Assembly: GCA_001275005.1 (NCBI GenBank)
Contig: JWZX01002376.1
Coordinates: forward strand, 1 to 33,347
From: Chrysochromulina tobinii
Taxonomy: Eukaryota
Direction of reading: 5' to 3'
Length of the DNA stretch: 33,347 nt
Below the pieces are notes generated by a model that ran no database searches, was not told the DNA's origin, and worked only from the letters and a program-made list of their open reading frames with translations. Position 1 is the stretch's first letter. The number at the start of each line of letters is the position of its first letter. Positions 32,770 through 33,347 of the stretch are shown piece by piece. Position numbers and translations under genes: made by a program.

Positions 32770-33347
32770 ATGGTGAACACCAACCCGTGTACAGGCGGAT
32801 GCGGCCGCATGCTCACCTTCGTTGGATGCTACTGCAAGTTCTGTTCCAAGGAGCTTGGCGTGCCATGCGATCCCGAGGGGAAGAGGAAGGCCTACAACGA
32901 CAAGTCGAACCCCATCCACAATCCATTCAACAACCCCAAGAACAGCCTCGTTAGGCTCGACGCGCGGCGCGCAGACACACGCGCTTCGACGGCGGCGCTC
33001 CCTAACCTTTCGAACATCTTGCGGTACTCCGATGAGTACCTTCGTGCGTGCGTCGCGATGGCCTTCCGCCGCCCAGAGGTCATGGAGATCTGGGCGGCGG
33101 GCTCGTTCTACTTCACCTACATATTCTTCTGGACGTGCGAATGCGGGCGGCGGGCGACTACGAAGCAGCTGAAATCAGCTGAGCGTATGGAGTCGACCAA
33201 TGCCATGCGCCGTACCGAAAACCCGCTGCTCGTGGTGCCCAACCCTGCCTGGGGCGGGGTGCCGCGCAAACTCGTTCACAGTGACATTCACTTTCAAGGA
33301 TCGCCTGCAGTGATCCTGCGGCTGGCGATCGGCCTCTGCGTTGACGA
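32770..33347 (+). CDS. Hypothetical Cys-rich protein, truncated by the window end (absent from the ORF track)
   Basis: Stop-free frame of 192 codons from ATG 32770: MVNTNPCTGGCGRMLTFVGCYCKFCSKELGVPCDPEGKRKAYNDKSNPIHNPFNNPKN... Confidence 0.6.
   Translation, partial: MVNTNPCTGGCGRMLTFVGCYCKFCSKELGVPCDPEGKRKAYNDKSNPIHNPFNNPKNSLVRLDARRADTRASTAALPNLSNILRYSDEYLRACVAMAFRRPEVMEIWAAGSFYFTYIFFWTCECGRRATTKQLKSAERMESTNAMRRTENPLLVVPNPAWGGVPRKLVHSDIHFQGSPAVILRLAIGLCVD

Noticed and set aside
278..33347. Functional gene cluster (endocytosis: BAR protein + AP2S1; cilium: POC1 + LC4-like)
   Set aside because: The genes are interspersed with unrelated housekeeping genes; nothing beyond chance neighbourhood.

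Overview
GC-rich, gene-dense eukaryotic nuclear DNA with short spliceosomal introns. Centriole/flagellar genes, GC level and intron style suggest a flagellated alga or protist, possibly a haptophyte (inference only). About 15 protein-coding genes: RFC small subunit, succinate-semialdehyde dehydrogenase, a WW-WW-BAR-SH3 protein, an LC4-like EF-hand protein, SNAPC1-like, POC1, a large filamin-repeat protein, a hypothetical ORF, a Kelch + 21 EGF single-pass membrane protein, AP-2 sigma, an FkbM methyltransferase, HYOU1/GRP170, a SUZ-domain protein, and a Cys-rich ORF running off the right edge. The most striking signal is two near-identical introns in the Kelch-EGF gene (19340-19413, 19634-19701). 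Each is a 22-23 nt copy of the downstream exon, which supplies the GT donor at a G|GTACG site, plus a shared 46-49 nt cassette supplying a branch-like motif and the 3' splice site. This looks like a recently active intron-generating element (introner) with unusually long target duplications and no terminal inverted repeats. Also present: a 2.2 kb foldback-like element, a nested-palindrome block, and several recent tandem duplications. All gene and domain calls are from motif recognition by eye; no searches were run.
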